DNA of 64,000 bases, taken from contig CBFGTS010000001.1 in NCBI GenBank assembly GCA_965652295.1, positions 320,001 through 384,000 of the forward strand, read 5' to 3'. This stretch comes from an uncultured Haloferula sp. GTDB taxonomy: Bacteria > Verrucomicrobiota > Verrucomicrobiia > Verrucomicrobiales > Akkermansiaceae. Below the pieces are notes generated by a model, which made no database searches, was not told the origin of the DNA, and saw nothing but the letters and a program-made list of their open reading frames with translations. Position numbers and translations under genes: made by a program. Every line of letters starts with the position of its first letter. Within the stretch, counting starts at the first letter, position 1. Positions 41,421 to 49,525 of this stretch are shown one piece after another.

Positions 41421-42763
41421 GACGGCTGTTTCTCGAAGTGGAAAGTCCCGGCGGCCTCACGGGATTCGCGGTGGAGATCCCATCGGCCGATGTTCGATCC
41501 AGGTGCGAATTTCCGGGCGAAGTAGCATCCGCTCTCCGCGATCTCGGCTGCGACTCTCGGAAGCACCTGATGAAATGTCTGGGGGTGAGCTCCTCCCCGC
41601 CAGCAGGTCCACGTGACGGGGCGATTGATGATGCTTTCGCCAGGAAACCGTCCTGAAGCGCTCAGCACCGTCGAGAAAAAACATTCGTCGGCCGCCCAGA
41701 CGTCTTTGAAGTGGGGCGACCAATCCTTCTCGCTCACGATCAGGGTATCCTTCCGGTTCAGACACATCCACTGGTCTTGAAACCAAGCATGCTCCTTCGG
41801 AATCCCCCACAACGCTTCCAACCGCAAAGCCTTTTCCCGGTTTCTCCAACTCTGGACCTGCTCAAGGGAGCGCATGGCGAGTCGTGAGCGTTCGTCCAAG
41901 CGAAGGCTTCGTGCCAGGGCGGAGAAGGGTCGGACAGGGACGCAGCTCTCGGAAACCAGAACGATGTGCGTCACATCGCCGTCCTCCAGTGCGGCCCGCA
42001 TCATCGCGAGAGTCGCTTCGACCAATGAAAACGCTCCCCAATCCGTATGGATGCGTTCGGTAACCTGCGCGTCCCGGAGAAACGATCCCTCGGGGAGTGA
42101 GTCGAGAGCCTTGGTATGAGCGTGAATCCTCGCTTGGGCACCAGCAGCAGCGAGGTACTCCCGCCAGATGTCCGGATGGTTCAGCTCGCCGCGTGTCAGA
42201 AAGAGACAAGCAACCGTCGGCGTGGGTGCCGGAATGTCCGTCTTCCAGACCGGGTCCCGAGGGTTCACAGGGTAGTGCAGCTTTCCGGGCACGAAACTCA
42301 CCGGTCCTTCCCAATGCCACGTCCGTTCGTCATACCAGCGGCCGACCTGACCCGGAGGTGTAAACGAACCCGCTCCGCCGATGTCTTCGATCTTCAGTCC
42401 GGCCCGGTTCACGAGCGTCGGGATCACTGCCTCCGGGTGCCCGTCCCAGCCCACGTCGAGACCCTTGAGGACCGCTTCCGCGGCTCCTCGGCTCATGCGG
42501 ATGAGCGGCAAAAGCATCGCCACGCCATGGACCAGCGGCTTTTCGCCTGCGGGTGCTCGCAGGCTCGACCACCAGTGCCAGCCCGGCTCTTCCGCATGAC
42601 GGCGCACGGCGGTGCCGAGCAGGTCGGCATCGGATTCTTCGAAGGCAGCTTCCAGGGTCTCGATTTCTCCGTCGAAGTGGACGCCTTCATCGACCAGCCA
42701 GAGGTGATTCGCCTCCGATTGGAGAAAGTCGTGTAGGACGGGAGTGACTTCTTTCAGGTTCAT
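41417..42763 (-). CDS. Core-2/I-branching (GT14-like) glycosyltransferase with N-terminal DUF3405-like domain
   Basis: VACLFLTRG, TDWGAFSLVEA, LVSESCVPVRPF, QWMCLNR, ADECFF, FARKF. Confidence 0.82.
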   Translation of the reverse strand: MNLKEVTPVLHDFLQSEANHLWLVDEGVHFDGEIETLEAAFEESDADLLGTAVRRHAEEPGWHWWSSLRAPAGEKPLVHGVAMLLPLIRMSRGAAEAVLKGLDVGWDGHPEAVIPTLVNRAGLKIEDIGGAGSFTPPGQVGRWYDERTWHWEGPVSFVPGKLHYPVNPRDPVWKTDIPAPTPTVACLFLTRGELNHPDIWREYLAAAGAQARIHAHTKALDSLPEGSFLRDAQVTERIHTDWGAFSLVEATLAMMRAALEDGDVTHIVLVSESCVPVRPFSALARSLRLDERSRLAMRSLEQVQSWRNREKALRLEALWGIPKEHAWFQDQWMCLNRKDTLIVSEKDWSPHFKDVWAADECFFSTVLSASGRFPGESIINRPVTWTCWRGGAHPQTFHQVLPRVAAEIAESGCYFARKFAPGSNIGRWDLHRESREAAGTFHFEKQPS

Positions 42764-42798
42764 GAACCGTAGGGAAAAGGGCAATGCTGCCGAGGAAG

Positions 42799-44349
42799 TC
42801 AGAAGTCTTGCCACTCCCCATAGCGCTTCTTTCGCATCTGAAACTTCGCCTTGTTGATTCTCAAGAGCTTCATGGCGAGGTTGTTGGCGAAAGTGGCATG
42901 ATAGAAAACGGTGGCTTCAAAGACAGGTTGCTTTCCGAGCGTTCCGATTTGAGAAGAAAGCGCGCGGTGCTTGATGCCCAGCTCGTGGATCAAGCGATTG
43001 ATTTCTTCTTGATCCGCGTCGGCGATCCTCCCATGGCGGAGGCCCTTTAGAACGCGGGAGTAGAGAGTCACAATCTTCGGGCAGTTCTTGAGAATAATGA
43101 ATCCACAGTTGTAGTAGTTTGGCCTGTCCAGCAACGCTGAGAATTCGATGTTGTCCCGACGGGCGTCATTGATCATGGTCCGAACTTCGCTGGGCTTGAA
43201 AAAATGGATATCCACATCGCTGATAATGAGATATTCGTTATCGTCGATCTGATGCATCACCTCCAGTGCGAGCTCGACCTGATTGATCAGCATCTCGTAC
43301 CACGAGCGGGTCTGAAACCCGTGTTCGCTAAACGAACTCAAATCGACCTTCCGGTTGAACACCGTGATTCCTTGTCTGGCAGGATCAAGGCTGGCAAGGA
43401 AGCCCTCGTATAGGGGTTGGAGATTGCTCGAATGGACGGTGACGACCGTCAGAGGGTGCGCTGCGGTCCCGTTTGATGAAGGGGGTTCCTCGGGCGGCTC
43501 TTCCCGCTTCCGAAGCTCATTCCACAGGGCTTCGGCAGTTCGATTTAGCTGCGCTTCGACGGTGAGATGGGTCGCCGCAAAGCGCCGACCCTCGCGGCCG
43601 ATCAGATCGTACAGCTTCTCGTCGGCTTCCAGTCGTGCATGGTTCTCGAAGAGGTCGGAGAGGTCTTGTTTCACCGGGACAAAGTGAACCCACGGTTCCA
43701 GATCCTCGTGCCACGGTTCGATAATGGGGCGGTCTACGATGAAGAGCGGTCGTCCCGTCGCGAGCAACCACTTGACGCGTGCGGAGTAGCCGTTGCCGGG
43801 GCAGTCGATGAGGTACTTGTATCTGGCGTGATCGGGGATCGTCACGAGCCGGGTCTTGGAGCGGGGCTTGCCGGGTGAGCTGAAATCCCACTCCATCAGC
43901 TCGACATCGAAAAGGTCACGGTGCTCTCGTCCCAGCCCGCAGAGTGCGACGCGTGAGGGATGGGTGTTCGCGCCGATCCAGAACAAACGATCGTCTTCGT
44001 AGGGAGCCTGCGTTTGAAGCAGCTCGAGCATCATCGTTTCGGCGTCGTCGATGCCTGCCTCCGGCCAACGCAGGGTGTATGGGCAGGGAAAGGGAAGCGT
44101 GCTCGCGGATTGACCGGAGAAGCGAGTGGTGCTGAAGGCCAGGTCGTGGGCCTCGACCCAATGCAAGGGCGGAACTCCGTCGCGGAAAGCGATTCCTCCG
44201 CTCCGGCCCACCATCAAGTCCGGCCAATTCTGGACGAGATCGCAGAGCAGCTTCAAGGCGTTGTCCGGTCGGCATTGAAAGCCTTTCGCTGCGGTGATCA
44301 CAACGCGGTCCACGGCTTCAACCCGGAATGAAATCGTATTATCCTCCAT
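42799..44349 (-). CDS. Glycosyltransferase family 90 fused to a nucleotide-diphospho-sugar transferase domain
   Basis: LFWIGA, DHARYKYLIDCPGNGYSARVKWLL, LEPWVHFVPV..DLSDL; C-terminal IISDVDI, YNCGFII, DQEEIN. Confidence 0.82.
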   Translation of the reverse strand: MEDNTISFRVEAVDRVVITAAKGFQCRPDNALKLLCDLVQNWPDLMVGRSGGIAFRDGVPPLHWVEAHDLAFSTTRFSGQSASTLPFPCPYTLRWPEAGIDDAETMMLELLQTQAPYEDDRLFWIGANTHPSRVALCGLGREHRDLFDVELMEWDFSSPGKPRSKTRLVTIPDHARYKYLIDCPGNGYSARVKWLLATGRPLFIVDRPIIEPWHEDLEPWVHFVPVKQDLSDLFENHARLEADEKLYDLIGREGRRFAATHLTVEAQLNRTAEALWNELRKREEPPEEPPSSNGTAAHPLTVVTVHSSNLQPLYEGFLASLDPARQGITVFNRKVDLSSFSEHGFQTRSWYEMLINQVELALEVMHQIDDNEYLIISDVDIHFFKPSEVRTMINDARRDNIEFSALLDRPNYYNCGFIILKNCPKIVTLYSRVLKGLRHGRIADADQEEINRLIHELGIKHRALSSQIGTLGKQPVFEATVFYHATFANNLAMKLLRINKAKFQMRKKRYGEWQDF

Positions 44350-44354
44350 CGCGT

Positions 44355-45824
44355 TCAAATTCCTGCCCGGTGGAGCCCCCACTTAGCAATGTCCGAATTG
44401 GGTGGGAATTTTCTGGCGAAGAACCCGGGGAACGTAGCGAGGTCGATGGCCATTGAGCAATCGGTTTCCTTGTGGCACGTGGGCGTCGTGATGGGCCAAG
44501 TTTCCCATTTCAACCACGTAAGCGGAGTAAAGCGAACTCGTTCCTGTATCGGGAAACCTCGCATTGCAAGGACTGAGCCAAAGTAGTGCTCGTCTGGAGC
44601 TTCAATGGAGGAGAAATGCATGGTGAAATCATGTTCCGATACGCAGGAAGCGGCGGCGCGATCCAGTAAAACCCACTGCGAGTGTTTGAGCATAACGTTC
44701 TCGGGAAGTCGCCTTATCGACTGGAGCCTACGAAAATGCTTTTTCTGCATTGATGACGAATCTTCAAGATCCATCATTGAACGTGGGTCGATCCTTAAAA
44801 GGCGCTTCATTTCCCGCCAAGGCTTTATCGGGACGCAGCTCTCGGACACAAACGCGAAGTGAGTGATATCCGAATGAGCTAATCCTTCCCTGAGCAACGC
44901 CAGCATTGCCCGAACAAGTGAAATATCGCCCCAACACGTATCGTGCAGTTCAGGGATCAAATAGGGCGTAAGAATCCCCGCTTCTCCAGGAGTCTTGACA
45001 TGAGCCAACGCCGTGACGTCGCCGATTGCTCCTTCGAGAAACTCTTTCCAGATTTCTGGATGATTGACATTACCCCGGGTGAGAAACAGCAGGCCGAGCT
45101 TCGGCGGAGCGGGATCTGATGGCTGCGTTTCGTTGGGATTCCAACGGCTGCCTCCCCAAACTTCTGCGTGAAAGCCTCTGAGCGGGTCGGGCCGAGCTGG
45201 AGTGTCGCCATTGTCACAATCGGCTTCATGAGCCGGAGACGGATAAGAAGGCTCGGTCTCCCGCACGAGGTCGGGGTAGCACGCATAGATTGGAACGCTC
45301 TGCAGCAGGCCTCCAAACAGGGAATCGGCACTGTAGGAATGGCATGAGCAGGCCTGGGTGCAAGCTTTCAGCGCTGCGAGGACCTGCTTGTAGTAGGGTG
45401 CGCGTACTGCGAAAGCGTAGGTACCGGATGCGTCGGTGACCTTGACGATTCCTTGAGAGTAAGGGAGCGGGCGTTCACGGTGGGTGCATCCGAGAAGAAG
45501 AATCCCCCAGTCGTCCGGAAGATCGACTTCGTCGAGGATGGATTTGATGTCCGGTCGGAACGTCACATTGTCTCCCAACAGGAGGACGGCGTCGGCGCTC
45601 GCTAGCATTGCGCTGCGAAGCGCCAGTCTTTGAGTGAGCGTATGCGCATAGCTCTCGGGATTCGAGTGGCCCCGTGTGTTCTTCACAAACCTTGCGTCGA
45701 TGGCCCGGAAACGCTTGGCCGGGAGGTCGGCTCTTTCGAGCGCCTCCTCCATCGCGAAACGTCGTTCCTGATTGCGTCCAAGGTTGGTCCAGTAGACTAA
45801 AGAAAATGTCGTCTCGGTATTCAT
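44355..45824 (-). CDS. GT25-like plus GT14-like (core-2/I-branching) bifunctional glycosyltransferase
   Basis: TNLGRNQERR..RFRAID, LPDDWGILLLG; LLFLTRG, WGDISLVRA, FVSESCVP, HSQWVLLDR, PDEHYF, FARKF. Confidence 0.8.
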   Translation of the reverse strand: MNTETTFSLVYWTNLGRNQERRFAMEEALERADLPAKRFRAIDARFVKNTRGHSNPESYAHTLTQRLALRSAMLASADAVLLLGDNVTFRPDIKSILDEVDLPDDWGILLLGCTHRERPLPYSQGIVKVTDASGTYAFAVRAPYYKQVLAALKACTQACSCHSYSADSLFGGLLQSVPIYACYPDLVRETEPSYPSPAHEADCDNGDTPARPDPLRGFHAEVWGGSRWNPNETQPSDPAPPKLGLLFLTRGNVNHPEIWKEFLEGAIGDVTALAHVKTPGEAGILTPYLIPELHDTCWGDISLVRAMLALLREGLAHSDITHFAFVSESCVPIKPWREMKRLLRIDPRSMMDLEDSSSMQKKHFRRLQSIRRLPENVMLKHSQWVLLDRAAASCVSEHDFTMHFSSIEAPDEHYFGSVLAMRGFPIQERVRFTPLTWLKWETWPITTPTCHKETDCSMAIDLATFPGFFARKFPPNSDIAKWGLHRAGI

Positions 45825-45839
45825 GAGCGATTCTTCAGG

Positions 45840-46700
45840 TCAGGCTTCAAGAAGATCCAACAACAGGCCACCCGCGTCCCCGTAAGTTTTCATCATATGA
45901 AGGGCGAAGGCCAGGTTGATCTTCTCCCGTTGATCGCCGCCAACAAAATGCAAGAGCGCTGCATGTTGGTAATCAAGGAAACCTGGGTTGAGGTGGAAGG
46001 GGAACATGATTTCGCCCTTCTCAAAAGTTCCGACTCGGAGCGTGGTATCCAGCAAGAGTCGGTTCCACGCCGTTTGGTCCCGCATGTCCGGATGTCGAGC
46101 CGGAGTCCTTTCAAAGATCTCCCTCCACTGGGCCATCACCTCGTGGTAGTGTCGTGCCCTGATCGCAACGGTGCCTGCGTTGATCCCGTGCCCATAGGCC
46201 CTCAGCCATTGGTTCCGCTCCGGTTGAAGACTCTCTTTGGCTCCGATATAGCCGTTGAATGCGCGGGAATGGAGCATGCTTCGTCCTGCCTCTGGTTGAA
46301 CGAGGATGTCGGCGTCACTATCGAAAAGATGATCCAGGTTGCGCAGTCCGAGGCAGTCTGCATCAAAATAGCCGATCCATTCATAGGGTGATGGATCGAT
46401 CATTTCCGCCGCGAGAAAACGGTAGGCAAGTGCCGAGAGCAAGCAGGCCTTGCCCCGATTCTGACTTCCCTCGACCTCCGGCGTCTCGACAAAAACTTCT
46501 TCGAGCCCGGGTCGCTGGACCGGAAATAAGGGCTCCGCAAAGTTCCTGAAGACAACGATGTCCCCGCTCCAGAAATGCCGCAGCAATGAGGCGCATAAGA
46601 GCTTCGCCATCGTTCGGCTACCGCGCCATCCCGGAGGGGTGAAAGCTACCGTGTAGATCAAACTAGGTTTTTGAAGGGAGCGTTCGTGGGAGGCGGGCAT
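45840..46700 (-). CDS. GT-A fold glycosyltransferase (GT8/GT77-like)
   Basis: YFDADCL (DxD), GINAGT, DQTAWN, LLHFVG. Confidence 0.72.
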   Translation of the reverse strand: MPASHERSLQKPSLIYTVAFTPPGWRGSRTMAKLLCASLLRHFWSGDIVVFRNFAEPLFPVQRPGLEEVFVETPEVEGSQNRGKACLLSALAYRFLAAEMIDPSPYEWIGYFDADCLGLRNLDHLFDSDADILVQPEAGRSMLHSRAFNGYIGAKESLQPERNQWLRAYGHGINAGTVAIRARHYHEVMAQWREIFERTPARHPDMRDQTAWNRLLLDTTLRVGTFEKGEIMFPFHLNPGFLDYQHAALLHFVGGDQREKINLAFALHMMKTYGDAGGLLLDLLEA

Positions 46701-46796
46701 ATTTTTTTGCGTGGATCTACGCGATTTCAGGTTGACGACTGCTAGGTTCCTCGTTAAAGGCTTCATCCCGTAGTTCAAACCTTCCTAAAACAAGCC

Positions 46797-47135
46797 ATGA
46801 ATTCCGAAGAAGTAGTGCCGACACCGTTAAGGGGCAGTCAACAAGAAATCAGCGCAGAAGGCCACGAATGGAATACCGGGATGACCCGGCGGCGGTTCCT
46901 TAGAAGGACGGGTGGAGCGACCGTCGCTTCCATGGTGGCTTGGCATGCGTCAGGAACAGCGGCGTGGGCGGGTGGTGAGGGTGGTGGCAGTTCGGGTGGC
47001 AGTTCGGGTGGCAGTTCGGGTGGCAGTTCGGGTGGCAGTTCGGGTGGCAGCGGTGGACATTGGGCGGACTACGGTCCTGACGGGAAATGTAAAAAATGCG
47101 GTGCCACCAGCGGAATGTACCATATCCCCTTCTGA
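46797..47135 (+). CDS. Small Tat-signal protein with (GGSS)n repeat and C-terminal H..CxxC..H motif
   Basis: TRRRFLR twin-arginine motif, AWA cleavage site, GGSS x5, HWADYGPDGKCKKCGATSGMYHIPF. Alternative start ATG 46881. Confidence 0.7.
   Translation: MNSEEVVPTPLRGSQQEISAEGHEWNTGMTRRRFLRRTGGATVASMVAWHASGTAAWAGGEGGGSSGGSSGGSSGGSSGGSSGGSGGHWADYGPDGKCKKCGATSGMYHIPF
46983..47051 (+). repeat. 12-bp perfect tandem repeat (GGTGGCAGTTCG x5 plus partial)
   Basis: Units start at 46983, 46995, 47007, 47019, 47031. Confidence 0.95.
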
Positions 47136-47419
47136 GCCTTGGATTGCTGTCTCGCATTGATAGATTCAAGATCCGATAATTGAGTTATGTAGTTTAATTG
47201 GATCGAGAAATGCTTGGGAGCTGCGGTATGGTGTTTCGGAAATACGGAACGACAACTTCATATTGTTTTGGTCGTATGACTCGTCGGTCCCTTCCTTGAT
47301 TTCGACATCGCGACATACCTGCCTGTAGCGCATGGTCTTGAGAGCCAACATCGTCTTTCTTTGCGGCGAAGGCCTTTCCCAGAAGGGAACCGCCACCTTC
47401 CCCATGGTGGGGTGTATGT

Positions 47420-47940
47420 ATTTGTTCCTCATTAGGTGGGAGAGCAGGTTCGGCCGGGGAGGTGTTGTGAGGGGTGAGAAGCGGCTTCGCAGCTACCGAC
47501 CGCCGCACCTGCCGGCGGCTATTCAAGCAGTGATTCTCAACGAAGCTGTCCGCCCGCCCAAGCACCCGACCGGCTGGCGCACCCGCCCCATGGCTAAAGC
47601 CCACGGAGCCTCAAAGGCCAGTTGTCACCGCTTCTGGACAGCTATTGGCATCAAGCCGGACCACTCTTGGACCTTCAAGTTTTCCATCGATAACGGCTTC
47701 GAACCGAAGTTGTGGGACGTCATCGGTCTGTATTGGAATCCTCTTTGCCAAGCCTTGGCGCTCTCCTGCAACGAGAAAAGCCGGTGCCAAGCTCTCAAGC
47801 ACACGCAACAACCCGGCTTGCCACTGGAAGCTTCACGAGCATTGAGGAGATCAATCAAGCCATCGGAGCCTACCTGTCCCGCGCCCGATAGGAGCCCAGG
47901 CGCTACGTCTGGAAAGCCGAATGTAGCGAAACTCACACTA
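47420..47940 (+). pseudogene. Degenerate, internally deleted IS630-family transposase remnant
   Basis: WRTRPMAKAHG.SK..HRFW..GIKP..TFKFS.D..KLWDVIGLYWNP..NEKS..QAL..QPGLPL, joined in another frame to IEEINQAIGAYL..*EPRRYVWKA (IS630 C-terminus). The catalytic middle is missing. Confidence 0.8.
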
Positions 47941-48081
47941 CGATCCATCATTTTTTTTCAGTTCCTCATGAACCCTTCCGGTGATGATGATTGGTTATTT
48001 GGTAATCTCTGTAATAGTCGATTGTGGGCATTGAGCCGTGTGAGTGAGGAATGGGAACCTAATGCATCTAATATCAGTTAA

Positions 48082-49263
48082 ATGATGAAACCAGGAACTT
48101 GCTATCTAGTCGTCATTTCTTCCGTGGTTCTATCAGGTTTGGCTGGATATTATATCGGAGCCGAACGGCAAATGGATACGTGGAGGAAAGGACGAGCATC
48201 TCAGGACAACGCATCCATGGTTCACGGAGGCCCGGGGGATTCATGGTCTAAAAGGGAGCATTTAAACGCGCGAAGAATGGAGCGCGATAAAGCCTCAAAC
48301 ACAAACAAGAAAGATGTTCATATTTCCCCTGATGAGGCAAAGGAAATGATGCGTAACGCAGCCATGATAACCGATCAGCGGGAGAAGGCGGCCGCTTATC
48401 GAAATATAATGAGGCGGCTTTGTGAGGCGGGATACACAGAAGACGCATGGCAGCTAATTGTGGAGGATCCGGGTTTGGTTCGCGACGCGCAAGTTTATGA
48501 ATTTTTTACGAGTTCGACACTCGCGTTGTCAACGTGTCTTTCAAAAGTGGCGATGCTTCGGGATGACTCGGAAATGAAGACGGCTTTAGCAGGTTATCTT
48601 CAAAATAACCTTCACGACATTAATCGAATTGTGAATGATTATGGCTTTGTGGAGATTACTAATCGACTTAACGAGAAGGATTCACATGCATTGGACGAAA
48701 TTCTCACGTCGGCCCTCCGAATGAGTTTTGATAATGCGTCCTCAGAGGAGCGAAAGGAAGAAGTTAATCAGATGGTTATTGATTATCATAAAAAGGGGAT
48801 TGTTTCCAATTCTGATTATGCGACATTTATTGCCAGAAACATTAATTCCAATGAGCCATTTGACATGTGGCAATGGATCTCGGATTCTTCTATGGGTGTG
48901 TCGAGTCCAGAAGGAAGCTTCGAGTCTCAAGCTCGAGCTGCTATTGTTGGTTCAATGGTGAACCAGGACCCCGAGAAAGCGATGGCCCAATTGAAGGCGT
49001 CTAGTAGTGATGGCTCTTCCTATGATTTGTATCTCGGATTGGAGTCATGGACAAAAACTGATCCTGGAGCCGCATATAATTGGTTTGATGATAATAGAGC
49101 GTCATTAACTGCGGACCAACAGGATTCAGCTGCCCGTGCTTTCGCGGTCAATGCTTTAGCTTTCAGAGAATTCGAAGGGGCTGAGCGGTGGGTTGAAAAA
49201 ATAAAAAATGAAGATCTTAGATCTGATTTGTTGAAGAAAATCAAATTAGGCTTAAGCGAATAG
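48082..49263 (+). CDS. Low-GC membrane-anchored helical-repeat hypothetical protein
   Basis: N-terminal TM; DPEKAMAQL / WTKTDPGAAYNW / GAERWVEKI repeats; AT-rich relative to the genome. Confidence 0.75.
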   Translation: MMKPGTCYLVVISSVVLSGLAGYYIGAERQMDTWRKGRASQDNASMVHGGPGDSWSKREHLNARRMERDKASNTNKKDVHISPDEAKEMMRNAAMITDQREKAAAYRNIMRRLCEAGYTEDAWQLIVEDPGLVRDAQVYEFFTSSTLALSTCLSKVAMLRDDSEMKTALAGYLQNNLHDINRIVNDYGFVEITNRLNEKDSHALDEILTSALRMSFDNASSEERKEEVNQMVIDYHKKGIVSNSDYATFIARNINSNEPFDMWQWISDSSMGVSSPEGSFESQARAAIVGSMVNQDPEKAMAQLKASSSDGSSYDLYLGLESWTKTDPGAAYNWFDDNRASLTADQQDSAARAFAVNALAFREFEGAERWVEKIKNEDLRSDLLKKIKLGLSE

Positions 49264-49525
49264 GTCGCGTGGATCAAATGGTTAACGCAACAAACTTATT
49301 AAAGTTTTAAGGGGGTAAGCACCGCCGAGTGCTGTCGGTCGCCGAGTGCTGTCTGTTCTTGGGTTGACGGCATGGTTGGGTGGCATAGGCGACAGCGGAT
49401 CGGTCGGACTTGGCTACCGGGTGCTTGGTGCGGTGCGCGTCGGCCCAAATGGACGGAAGCAGGGCGGGGTTAATCCTGAGAAAATATCTGATTGCTAAGA
49501 GTCGGGCTGATTCATAAAAACGCGA

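Noticed and set aside
47166..47432. 88-aa minus-strand ORF next to the IS remnant
   Set aside because: No motif or other support; it may be decayed sequence.
49323..49353. 14-bp direct repeat CGCCGAGTGCTGTC x2 upstream of the tri-domain gene
   Set aside because: Only two copies; it cannot be distinguished from a chance local duplication.
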